A stretch of 64,000 bases of DNA. Source: Antedon mediterranea. Lineage: Eukaryota; Animalia; Echinodermata. A model generated the notes under the pieces. That model had not been told where the DNA came from and ran no database searches. It saw nothing but the letters and a program-made list of their open reading frames with translations. Location of the stretch: the NCBI RefSeq assembly GCF_964355755.1, contig NC_092679.1:15111432-15175431 (forward strand). The letters run 5' to 3'. Below, in pieces: positions 52,010 through 64,000 of this stretch (position 1 is the first letter of the stretch; every line of letters starts with the position of its first letter). Both the position numbers and the translations under genes were made by a program.

Positions 52010-52271
52010 AAACTGTATTTAATCCCTCTGCATGCAACATTCGTCGGGGAAAGTACGACTGAAGTTTGAACCGGAAAATTAAAAATTTGTCCCATGCATG
52101 TAACGCGCTCTTCCTCCTTGCAACGATTTCCGTTTTAAGATGTTTTTCATTGTTGTGTCTACAATGAACATTCAATCGAAATGACCTAATCTTTTTACCT
52201 TCAATACAGCTTCAATATCTATTTATAAGTATCCGGTTGGTTTGTAAAACAAATACATTCATCTGTCATCT

Positions 52272-52740
52272 TAATACCTAAACACCAACTCTTTAATACC
52301 TAAACACCAACTGTTTAATACCTAATCACCAACTGTTTTGTACTGAATCACCAACAGTATAGCTAAACACCAACTGTTTAATACCTAATCACCAACTATT
52401 TAATACCTAAACACCAACTGTTTAATACCTAAACACCAACTGTTTAATACCTAATCACCAACTGTTTAATACCTAAACACTAACTATTTTTAAATAGTTT
52501 TTTAAACACAAACTGTTTAATGTCCCAAAAACCAACTGTTTAATATCTAAACACTAAATATTTAATATCTAAACACTAAATATTTAATATCTAAACACTA
52601 AATATTTAATATCTAAACACTAATTTTTCAATACCTAAACACTAAATATTTAATATCTAAACACTAAATATTTAATATTTAAACACTAATTGTTTAATAT
52701 CTAAACAGCAACTGTTTAATACCTAAACACTAAATGTTTG
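52272..52740. repeat. Minisatellite, 22-bp unit, about 21 copies
   Basis: TAATACCTAAACACCAACTGTT grading into TAATATCTAAACACTAAATATT. Confidence 0.92.
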
Positions 52741-53246
52741 ATATTAGTCTGTAGATCCCGGTCCCATAGATTAAAATGTTGCACTTCTTAAAAGTTCCTG
52801 TAAATGCAAAAAAAGTAAGAATGAATACACTACTTAAAAAATGATATTGAACACTGGCTGCAATCCAACTAGTGGACTAACTGACTGACCGACAAAATCG
52901 ACAGATGCATTGTTTGTTTCCGACTAGATTTGGATGGAATCCAAGGGAAAAATCCGGTTAACATCGGTATACAGTAACACAGTAAGTGCTTATTTTAAGT
53001 AAATTATAAACATAACACTACCCGTAAAAGCGTCATGAGTACGGAAATAGACACATCTTAGTTGACTCTTCAAACTTTAAGTAACCATTCCGACCACCCT
53101 TCAGATGGTTTCTGGTGATGATATTTCACCTATATTTTATATATAGTAAACTTGAAGTACTAACAAATTACATGATATTTTTCTTATATCTATGCCTCTC
53201 TGGTTTTTAAATATGTTGTTCCTTAGAAAGTTTTCTAAGGAACAAC

Positions 53247-53416
53247 ATTCAGAAAGATTTTTTTAAACTTGAAATATTACGTTTTTAAAATAACTTATTT
53301 TAATTTCGCAAATTATTTGTTTGAACTGAGCCTGACAAGCAAAACAAATAATTTGCAAAATTAAAATAAGTTATTTTATAAACGTCATATTTCAAATTAA
53401 ACAAATATTTCTGAAT
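53247..53416. repeat. Foldback inverted repeat (about 75-bp arms)
   Basis: ATTCAGAAA...AATAACTTATTTTAATTTCGCAAATTATTTGTTT / AAACAAATAATTTGCAAAATTAAAATAAGTTATT...TTTCTGAAT. Confidence 0.85.
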
Positions 53417-56400
53417 CAAAGTCAAACAATTGTAAATTTAATTAAAATACCATAGGCCCAATATTGTTATTTATTGTTATTAGTGTTTAGTCAGAGTAAG
53501 GTACAAAACGAGCTTTGGAAGTAGAAATTCTTCATCCTGTCTGTCTTCATCAGGCCTACTGATATGCGCGTTATCAATGAATTATTATAAATCAATCATC
53601 CAATTAACATTATTGTTGATATTATTAAGATGTATTATCCCCTGAAAAATATTTGTTGTTGTTGAATAGACCCTTATGCAATGTTAATGCAACATAATAA
53701 TTATATAATATTTAAAAAAAGGTATGTTTAGTCGCGTGAAATAATAATAGCTCACTATGTCTGTCGGTTGGTTGGTAAATGAGCTTAGCAAGGTTTTAAT
53801 AAATATTTCCTTTACTTGAAATTAAGATATTTTTTTGTTAACAGAAGGAAATTTGAAGTAAATAATATGGAAAAAAAATAAAATTGTTTTCTTAAATTAT
53901 TAAATAAAGAATATTGTAATAAAAAATGAAACAATTATTGTTCCAAACTTCACAAATTCTTTCCTCTTTTGGTGTTCTTGTCCACCGTATCACTACAATC
54001 AAGATATCGATAAACACGCAGTTTAGGCCTATATACCATAATTATAGTGGTTACTTTCTATGAATGTTTAAATTAAATTATTTTTGTTTCATACAAATTA
54101 TAATGAAAGAAATAATAATTTAAACAAAATAATATATATAGGCCTAGATATGATAAAAAATGTGCACCAAGTTTTATATTATAATGATAATAAATTTCTT
54201 TCGGACTGTTTATCTTTATCGAGTTAGTTCAGCTATTTGTTTATTATTTATACACTGATACCCACAGCATTGTCGTTTTTCAGGAATTTGCCTTTTGATT
54301 AACAATAATAATAATAATTGACATTTAAAAAAATGTATGTATACAATTATTGTAAGTATTTATTTTTAGATATTAAGAGATTAAGAGCATTGGTTCTAAA
54401 CATAATTCTGATTAAAATTGTTTTTTTAATTTTGATAATATTTTCCCGGGTAACAAATGACTGATATCACACGATTTTGTAACAAAAAAATAAGGAATGT
54501 TCCCACGCCGCTGATTTAAGAATAAATAGAAATACAATGTTTTATAATTACCAGTGTTTTGATCTCAGATTAGCCTAAATCGGTCAGTATTTTATTTTAA
54601 TTCTTTCTTTTGTAAAGCTGATCTACAAAAACTTTGTATACTCTTTTTATATGAAAACACTTGAATATTGTCCATCAATCTCACATGTAGGTAATGTTAA
54701 GTGGATGAATATAATATAAAAGGTTTGTCTTTCAGACACTTGTCGGCCTTGTCAAAGTAATATTTCCAAAATACGTACAATTGTTTTGTGTCCAGGTAGA
54801 TTGTTGCTTTCTGAGAAATGTTATTGCAGACTTTAATCAACAAACCGGAAGTAATTTCAAAGGGATTGTGGGGATTAAAAAATATGTCAGGAAAATAATA
54901 GAAACCTAAAATTAGAAATATTATGATGAAGCCACAGGTATGAGTAATAATGAAAGGATATCAGTGCGCATGTGTAAATAGTTACGTCAATGCGCGGTCT
55001 TTCTCTTACGTATAGGACATCTTTTACGTCAGCTTGTCTACGTAGATCAGTCCCTTAATTTAGTCTGACATCATAGGCTACCTACGCGCAGTTTAAAGTC
55101 AACATGAAACTATAGTAAAAACATCTAACTTATATATTAAAGATAAGATTACATGAATATGGCATACATTTTCAATAGGCCTATGTACAACTTTTTTTAA
55201 AGAGTATTATTTAATTTCGGAGCCATTTTTGACAGTTTAATTATTGTATGAGCTACGCTTTGATATCTATTTTTGACAGACATTTGTTATTATACGTTAC
55301 CACTCCTCCGTTTAAAAAAATCCTGGATCCGCTCCCGATATTGATAAAGTAAATCTCATTATTTCTTTTCCTTTTCTGTAGTGCTTAATACTATTAATAG
55401 TTTTCGGTACTCAAATTTCCACCCGCCCCTCCATTGAAAATTTAAAGTCGGTATGAATCAACATAACTTATCAAAGAGCAAAACAACAACTAAAGTGTGG
55501 AATAGGCCTAATATTCCAAACAATATAAAATCAAAATCAACGTTAAAACAAAACAATTGCCATTTTATTATGTTTTTGCTTAATCTGGACCATTATTATT
55601 ATTATTTCTTTAGAATGTGTTTGTTTTGTCATTTTACAAAAGGCCTATCAGGCCTAGGTTTCAAACATGTAGGCCTAAAGAAGCTCTATAATTTTCCGCT
55701 AACATTTGTCTGTTTAGGCCTAAATAGCTTCAGTTCTCTCCATTGAGAGATTTTATTCAGTATAACAGGAAAACATGCATAGTGCCACAGCAGCCGATCT
55801 GTCAATTGAATAATATCGATAACTAATCAATCTTGGCGCGTGATTTATACATTTGCCAATCCTTACCATAATGCTATTAAAGATCAATGATAATTAGTTC
55901 TTTCATAACTGCGATAAATTAAGTTCTACAAGGGCCTATTATGGGTAAGGTGAACAAATATAGGTGGCGGCTGATGACAAATGTTAGAAACGAACCCGCT
56001 AAACCTAAGCCTCCATCAATATGTTTAAGATTTTTAAGAGTATTTGGTACGTGATTCGCTGATTGTAGCAGGCGAGAATCAAGCTCAGAATCGCTGCGTG
56101 ATAGTGTGAAAAATCGATCAAGCCTAATGAGTAGGCCTAGCTTTTAAATCACGAAGTGTTGTGATAACAAAACAAGTTTAAACATCATTAGGACAATTAA
56201 TATTATACGTTTACGTTATTAATTGAGGCCTATACAACACTGCATTGTATATGTTTAAATAATTAGGAAACGTAGGCCTATAGCCCGAAAGTTACTCATG
56301 TCTTTGGAGTTAAACCTGCTTACTCTTCTTCTCTCTCAGGCTTACGGACACCTCAAAATTTTAATGATAAGACTAAGGGGAAAATTATTTAGAAGTGAAA

Positions 56401-56899
56401 CTGGGCTCAAATTAAAATAGGCGTATTCACATCAATCGAAACCACATAATAAATACCCACACTTCCGATATGTGTTTTTTGAAGTTTCCAGTTTATCATG
56501 TTCTTTCCGTGAAAATAGAGTAGTTGGTGTAGAAAAACAATTACCTTCAAAAACATGTGTAAATACGTTACCTATACAATCACTACACTTGATTGATTGT
56601 GATTTGAAAGTCTAACACTATAATTATTATATTTTGTTGAAACTACCAAAGAACTTATAGCACAAGAATCTCCTGTTCTTCAATTTGCATTCAAAACACA
56701 GTATCGGAAGTACAGGGTTAAAAGGTCAAACTGGGCGAAATAAAATAGAGCAGCACCAATTGATGCATTATGGGATTTTTAGAACCCTTCTTGTTGCACT
56801 TCATAAAGTTGTACAAAGATGGAAATACGTTACATAGGCCTACGTACTACACACTACACTTGTTCATGTGATTGAATAGACCATACATAAATAAAGGAA

Positions 56900-58510
56900 G
56901 ATACAGCACCAAATAATGCATTATGGGATTTTAGAACTCTTCTTTTTGCACTCTATGCAGTTTTGTCTCAATTAAGATTGGAAAGAAACACCAAATAATG
57001 CATTATGGGATTTTAGAACCCTTCTTTTTGCACTCTATGCAGTTTTGTCTTAATTAAGATTGGAAAGAAACATCAACTGATGCATTATGGGATTTTAGAA
57101 CCCTTCTTTTTGCACTCTATGCAGTTTTGTCTCAATTAAGATTGGAAAGAAACATCAACTGATGCATTATGGGATTTTAGAACCCTTCTTTTTGCACTCT
57201 ATGCAGTTTTGTCTCAATTAAGATTGGAAAGAAACATCAACTGATGCATTATGGGATTTTAGAACCCTTCTTTTTGCACTCTATGCAGTTTTGTCTCAAT
57301 TAAGATTGGAAAGAAACATCAAATAATGCATTATGGGATTTTAGAACCCTTCTTTTTGCACTCTATGCAGTTTTGTCTCAATTAACATTGGAAAGAAACA
57401 TTAACTGATGCATTATGGGATTTTAGAACCCTTCTTTTTGCACTCTATGCAGTTTTGTCTCAATTAAGATTGGAAAGAAACACCAAATAATGCATTATGG
57501 GATTTTAGAACCCTTATTTTTGCACTCTATGCAGTTTTGTCTCAATTAAGATTGGAAAGAAACACCAAATAATGCATTATGGGATTTTAGAACCCTTCTT
57601 TTTGCACTCTATGCAGTTTTGTCTCAATTAAGATTGGAAAGAAACACCAAATAATGCATTATGGGATTTTAGAACCCTTATTTTTGCACTCTATGCAGTT
57701 TTGTCTCAATTAAGATTGGAAAGAAACATCAACTGATGCATTATGGGATTTTAGAACCCTACTTTTTGCACTCTATGCAGTTTTGTCTCAATTAAGATTG
57801 GAAAGAAACATCAACTGATGCATTATGGGATTTTAGAACCCTTCTTTTTGCACTCTATGCAGTTTTGTCTCAATTAAGATTGGAAAGAAACATCAACTGA
57901 TGCATTATGGGATTTTAGAACCCTTCTTTTTGCACTCTATGCAGTTTTGTCTCAATTAAGATTGGAAAGAAACACCAAATAATGCATTATGGGATTTTAG
58001 AACCCTTATTTTTGCACTCTATGCAGTTTTGTCTCAATTAAGATTGGAAAGAAACACCAAATAATGCATTATGGGATTTTAGAACCCTTATTTTTGCACT
58101 CTATGCAGTTTTGTCTCAATTCAGATTGGAAAGAAACATCAACTGATGCATTATGGGATTTTAGAACCCTACTTTTTGCACTCTATGCAGTTTTGTCTCA
58201 ATTAAGATTGGAAAGAAACATCAACTGATGCATTATGGGATTTTAGAACCCTTCTTTTTGCACTCTATGCAGTTTTGTCTCAATTAAGATTGGAAAGAAA
58301 CATCAACTGATGCATTATGGGATTTTAGAACCCTTCTTTTTGCACTCTATGCAGTTTTGTCTCAATTAAGATTGGAAAGAAACACCAAATAATGCATTAT
58401 GGGATTTTAGAACCCTACTTTTACACTCAATAGTTTTGTCTAAAATAAGATTTAAAAAAAACCCCACCAACGCTGATGCATTATGGAATTTTTAAAAACC
58501 CTTTATTTTT
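56900..58510. repeat. Satellite-like array, 82-bp unit, about 19 copies
   Basis: ATGCATTATGGGATTTTAGAACCCTTCTTTTTGCACTCTATGCAGTTTTGTCTCAATTAAGATTGGAAAGAAACA(TCAACTG/CCAAATA); units at 56998, 57080, ...; diverged copies at both edges and at about 56750. Confidence 0.97.
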
Positions 58511-61469
58511 GCATTTTGTTCTAATATTTATTGTTTTTATGAGATAGCAGATTAGCAAAGATGTTTTGTGCCACTGTTTTGATTAATATTCTGCATTTAT
58601 GATCACCTAAAAAATAATATTAATATAAATCATAGAATTATTATTTTGCAGTCAGGCTTGCTCTATGTGTGTGTGTATGTGTGAGACTGAGAATGAAACA
58701 CAAATATAGATGATATAATGATTTAGATAAATATTTATTCTGAAAAGTCCCGTGAGCACGGATCACGGCAAAATAGAAAATATACCTACTGTATTGCCCT
58801 AATAAGTGATTAAGTAGAAAATACTGGGATGCTACAAAAGCCAATGGATGCCACTGAAATGGCATCCAGCAGCCCAGCAAGTGAGGCGTGGTATCGGGAC
58901 TTTTCAGAACAAAAAATGTGTTGAGCTATCCAATGTTTCTGCCTTGGGCGTAGCCATAATGGTGGTCAATCAGTCAGAATATAATGTATTAATATATATT
59001 TCAATTTCTAAGATACTTTAATAGCCTACTTATACCCTACGGTGAACAGTAACTGTTAAAGTAAAATTTTGGAATTGCTTGATCCTAAAAGTTTTGTGTT
59101 CTACTGTAGGTAACTTGCAGACTACACGGAAGGCTAAAAATTGCTTTTTAGATTGATATTAGACAAACCAGGTCATACACCGTTCTACTACAAAATGTGT
59201 GAACAGATTTGTTTTCCTTGCACGTTAAGTCGTGCGTTATGCAATAATATGACTATAATTTTCAATAATTGATACTAAGCACAATTAATAAAATTAATTA
59301 CTAGGATTTTACTTACAATTATAAAGTATAAAATGATGAAAAATGGCAAACGTATTATGAATTAATTTAATTGGTTATTTAGGTAAAAGTTGGCCGATGT
59401 GTACTGTATTTGAACTGTATTATATCTCATATATATTACATTTATATTATACCATCGTTATAAATTAGATTGTATTATAATAATGTGCATTATATCCATG
59501 CATCATAATCTGACTAATCCTAGGCCCAATTCAGACAAGCAACATCAAATTTACCGACACAATCGCTGGATTAAGGAGGGCGAAGATCCAATGCTGGCGG
59601 TAGCATGCCTGCTATCATAGCGCTGTGCTGCTCCTATTCTACGTTAGATAACAGTGACATTTCGTACAATATACAACAGATGCAAGATTATGTCGCCACT
59701 CGTTTCAAACGCTAAATGCTTTTTTTCCAACAAAAACGACTTAATCTTGAACGAAGACGAACCAAAATCAGATACATATGAGCAATTACATTGATTGGAT
59801 GTAAATCATATTTATTAGTATTTATTAGATAAAGTTAAAACTAAGTAGGATTTAATCTATATTTATAAAAGCCTTAAAATTCCCCTCTGGGGACACATCG
59901 ATAGAAATAACATTATCATCACTGAGCGCATAGTTTATTTATAAATATACAGTGTACTAAAAATTATTACTGAATTTTCTAAAAATATTGGAGGTGAATC
60001 ACCGGGAAAACAGGGAAGAGTGAATTCACTCTTCCCTGGGAAAACCAATTAACGGAACATAATCTGTGCAGTAAACACCCGGGAATCCGGGATCCGCTTT
60101 ATCTGTATGTATAATGCAATAGAAACATTCCTATGTGCAACATTCGATACACATTAGAGTAGGACATTAAATTACGGATTATCGTACTGCAACATTTTTA
60201 CTGCATTTAGTCGATGAGGTGCGCAGTCAATGAAATACATATTGTGATGATTTATACCAAACCTCTTGATAAATAATTGCAGTAAAAAAGAGTGAACATG
60301 TAGTTACTGTAGTAGATACAGTAGAATGATCCGTAATTTGAACATATTCCCTTAAATTTAAATAAACATAACAATTTGCATAAATTAAAATGGAAGCCAT
60401 ATTGCCATTATATTATTAATAAAAAACCAATAATTTGAAACATGAACGTAATTGTTTTTAGTTAAAAATGTAAAAAATAGTGACTTTCCAACAATAACAG
60501 GAGAATAGTTTGATAACTAATAATAATTTTTATGGAAAAATAAAATGTATGAATAAAAATTAATAGCCCTAGTTTATATGGCCTTTTTTTGATAAACAAT
60601 ATTATTCAAATATCGGAACCAACCAACCTAATGATTTTTAATCGTTTTCAAATGTTTGATCTAATTCAAGATGTTGTATTAAGTTTTAAAGAAAGATTGT
60701 TTTTCTTCATTATATCTTTACTCTTACTAAATGTTTTACTAACGAATTGTAATCTATTTATATGTTTGCTTTATGTACACGTCAACTAACGATCAAATAA
60801 CAGTTTTCTCATCGCAACTAATTGTACAATGTAATTTAGAAAACTACAACCATTTTTCAATAAACATACACATCATACAACGTACATTTCTAGCCTAACA
60901 AAATTTTAAAACTTTCTATTATTTAAAAGTCGAAGATAGCCAGGTCTCGGGTCCATTCTATTGTCGCCACAGATTGATATCTTCATCAGTACTTCTATGA
61001 ATGAATGATTAGGTGGGAACACGAACGCTAGTTGATCATACCCAGTACCGTTTTGATAGTTCAATACAAATTACTCAGTAATATTTAAAAAAAATGCTAA
61101 CATCTTTATAATATTGTCTAATTCATTGTTCCCTAATATCCTCATTTTAAAAATAATTTTTTATAATAATAATCTCATATTATTATTTTCTAAGTGTAAA
61201 ACTAAGATGTGTCAAGATTCAATAGTTACTGGCTCGACATATTTGTTTTATAATTATTATTAAAAATACAGTTTTTGATAGTTATAAGAAAGAAAACAAA
61301 TAAATAACATTAAACATAACCTTTGACCCGTTTGTTAATTGATTCAGCCGAATATTATTACAGATTACTACTACCGTACACATCCATGATTTGTTGAAAT
61401 GTAAGATAGAACGTTTCACGAACTGTAACCTAAAAATTATATGTTGAAATGTTTGTGTATACCATTTTA

Positions 61470-61720
61470 ATGTCACATGTCACAAATAAAACTGCTTTGA
61501 CCAAACATTGGATTGAAACAAAATTATTTACCTGAAAACTGTAATTTAAAGCAAAAATAGTCAAATTGTCTAGAAGTCAATGGGTTTTTGATTGGATTTA
61601 ACCGTTTATTTAATTTCTTTTTGTAAGTGAAAACATTATTTTAACATTTTTTTTTATACGGAAGTGATTAACTTTATTAAAACTGCGAAATGGCCTTTTT
61701 TTTTAAATCTTCATGTTTTA
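61470..61720 (+). mobile_element. Dispersed MITE-like repeat family B, copy 4
   Basis: CTTTGACCAAACATTGGATTGAAAC...CTGTAATTTAAAGCAAAAATAG...CAATGGGTTTTT...CGGAAGTGATTAACTT. Confidence 0.65.
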
Positions 61721-62984
61721 ACATATTTAACAATTGTTTTGTACAATCGTGTTTTGACCGTAATTAAGCGTTCCTTGATTCATTATTTGGTCAAAAACAT
61801 ATACAAGAAAAATGTATGAGAACAAGATACAGATCATAATTCAAAAACTTAATTATAGATATTTATTATTAATTATTTATTTATTAACGTTCGTTAATTT
61901 TATTATATACCTCTACGTTGGCTAAACCAGGGAGGAGTGAAAATAAAATAATATAATTTCACTCTTCCCCGGCTGAACACAATTATTAATATTAGCTAGC
62001 ATCGAGATAGATCGAGTTGTTATTACATTTGACTATCAGATTATTTCTTGATAAATGGGCCGTTTAAACTACAGTATTATCTTTTTGATTCTGTTTGATT
62101 GAAATTTCAAGAATATTATCATTGAATTAGAGTTGATTGAAAATGCACAGGTTAGGTAGATATAAATGTAGGGTATTAGGCTTTTCTATGATGAGGACAC
62201 GCTAAGTAGACTTTTCGTAGATAGAAAAAATAATATGTCAAAAAATAATAAATCGAATATGCTGACTGGGTACGTTCATAAACACTTTCAACGAAAATGA
62301 TAGTTTGCGTATTTGTATTTTAGTCGTAAAGTAAATCTATATGTAAGGCGTAATGTCGTTGTTACATGTTTTACCAGGTAAGAGTGAAATTAAGAGTGAA
62401 ATTAAGAGTGAAATTACTTAATTTCACTCTTCCCTAGTTTTACGGATGATAATAATGGCCAAAGTATGTACAGAATATCGCATCAGTCTCATTTGTTTTT
62501 TATGACACCATATTTAATCATAATTTCCATAGGCCTAGTTTATAACATCATGTTTATAACACATAGTAATAGATAGTAATATCACCAATAATATATATTT
62601 TTATATATTATAGTTATATAACCGCGATCTTAACTGTCGAATTTATTGTAAATAATTAATTATCAATAGTAATTATTTATTTTATTTTTATTCAATTTTC
62701 TTTCATATACAATACAAAGAAGAAAAAACAAATATAAAAGGCAAGGAAAGACCAAACAGATGCTAAACACCTATGCTAATTAGTCAACCCAGAACAGAGC
62801 ACAGAAATAAACCAAACAAATATTTAAAATTTCCATTCTACAATTAAAGCATCTACAAGAAAGCGACCAACTACACACATTTTCAACATCAAAATTATTA
62901 AAAAAATAAGTAATGAAATAATTAATAATTATAATAATTCAATATATTGTTAATTTCAATCCTTGTTTCATTGAAATTTATTTT

Positions 62985-63300
62985 TCATTATTGAATTATG
63001 TTTAATATTCGAGGGGGGGGGGGGGACTTTAGCAACCATTTCCCCCATAATTGGAATTCACCATTTAAAAACAAAATGACGAGTCAAGAAAACTGAAAAA
63101 AAAAATCGGCTAATAAAGCCTAGACCATATTCAAATTTGTTTATTATTGAATTATGAATTTTCGAGGGGGCTTTAGCGACACAACCATTTACCCCATAAT
63201 TGGGAATTCACCAGTTTAAAAATAAATAACGGTCGAAAAACCCTATTTTGTTTATTATTGAATTATGTTAGTGTGCTTTATCGATACAATCATTTTACCC
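62985..63300. repeat. Local direct repeats (two units of about 155 bp plus a partial third)
   Basis: TTATTGAATTATG...TCGAGGGGG...CTTTAGC...AACCATTT(C/A)CCCCATAATTGG(G)AATTCACCA at about 62988 and 63144; partial at about 63254. Confidence 0.75.
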
Positions 63301-63371
63301 GTCGCTGGACTTTATTGCACACAGAATAACAGTGCAATTGTTCGCTACCTCCGTGAAATAAAATTAATGAA

Positions 63372-63465
63372 ATATACAATACAATATACTGTAATAGGCT
63401 ATATCAGAATACATACGTATATACAATACAATATACTGTAATAGGCTATATCAGAATACATACGT
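63372..63465. repeat. Perfect 47-bp tandem duplication
   Basis: ATATACAATACAATATACTGTAATAGGCTATATCAGAATACATACGT at 63372 and 63419. Confidence 0.9.
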
Positions 63466-64000
63466 ATATACATGTCATACATTCTAAAGGCCTACTAATA
63501 ATCACTAATGATTTGAAATTATTCAATCGACATTTACAATGACATTTACCGGCTGCAAACAGGCTTTAAATTTATCAATCAAATAATTTTGTCAATTACT
63601 GTAAGATAGAGATAATGCGGCTTGTAAATTAATTTTCTTCGTTCAATTTGTTTGTCATCGAAAATTATTAATGCATCTACAATAAGATCAATTCCAACTT
63701 GACAATTTGTAAAAAGATCTTGTCTGGTTATAACGCAAAAGATTATTGTTTAAAAATAATTTAAAACCACAACTAAACACTAAATATTTTGAAACATAGT
63801 ACTAGCGCTTGATATTTGTAATTGGTTACTGATAACAAATTATAATATTTAAATGAAAATTCGTGGGGGTGTGGTAAAATTATATGTTTTTAAAAATGGA
63901 CAGATGGGATCGGAAACCGTTTGTTTTGAACTAACATAATGTAACGTTTCGTGCCTTTAATTTGTTTAAAATAATTAGGCCCTACTGTTATACGATCTAT

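Noticed and set aside
43400-64000. A neighbouring NK2.2, Msxlx or other coding gene upstream of NK2.1
   Set aside because: No homeobox or other recognisable coding exon was seen; the short ORFs look like AT-rich noise. Very small exons could have been missed.

Overview
AT-rich animal (eukaryotic) genomic DNA, most likely an invertebrate deuterostome (inferred from the protein sequences and repeat content; the species cannot be fixed from this window). Two protein-coding genes face each other tail-to-tail across about 23 kb. (1) On the + strand, three spliced, phase-compatible terminal coding exons (5545-5737, 9444-9552, 16052-16123) that the ORF track does not assemble. They give a Gly/Tyr/Gln-rich C-terminus ending ...WDRNMQGQQAAY...RDDRHRY/GANRSHSYPTPPSNQQGRRYHNN*, which I recognise from memory as resembling the C-terminus of the 5'-3' exoribonuclease XRN2. 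(2) On the - strand, a complete two-exon NK2.1 (NKX2-1/NKX2-4 class) homeobox gene (43020-42690 joined to 39967-39270, 342 aa). The rest is intronic or intergenic: tRNA- and 5S-derived SINEs, TTAA-flanked and other MITEs, DINE-1/Helentron-like elements, LINE remnants and minisatellites (22, 33, 49, 82 and 116 bp units). Best leads: XRN2-NK2.1 microsynteny, a near-identical inverted MITE pair bracketing the Gly-rich exon, a tandem array of tRNA-like Pol III cassettes in the last intron, a CpG/TAGGCCTA compositional boundary near 17.6 kb, and NK2-site clusters near NK2.1. No searches or folding computations were run; all family assignments are by eye and from memory.
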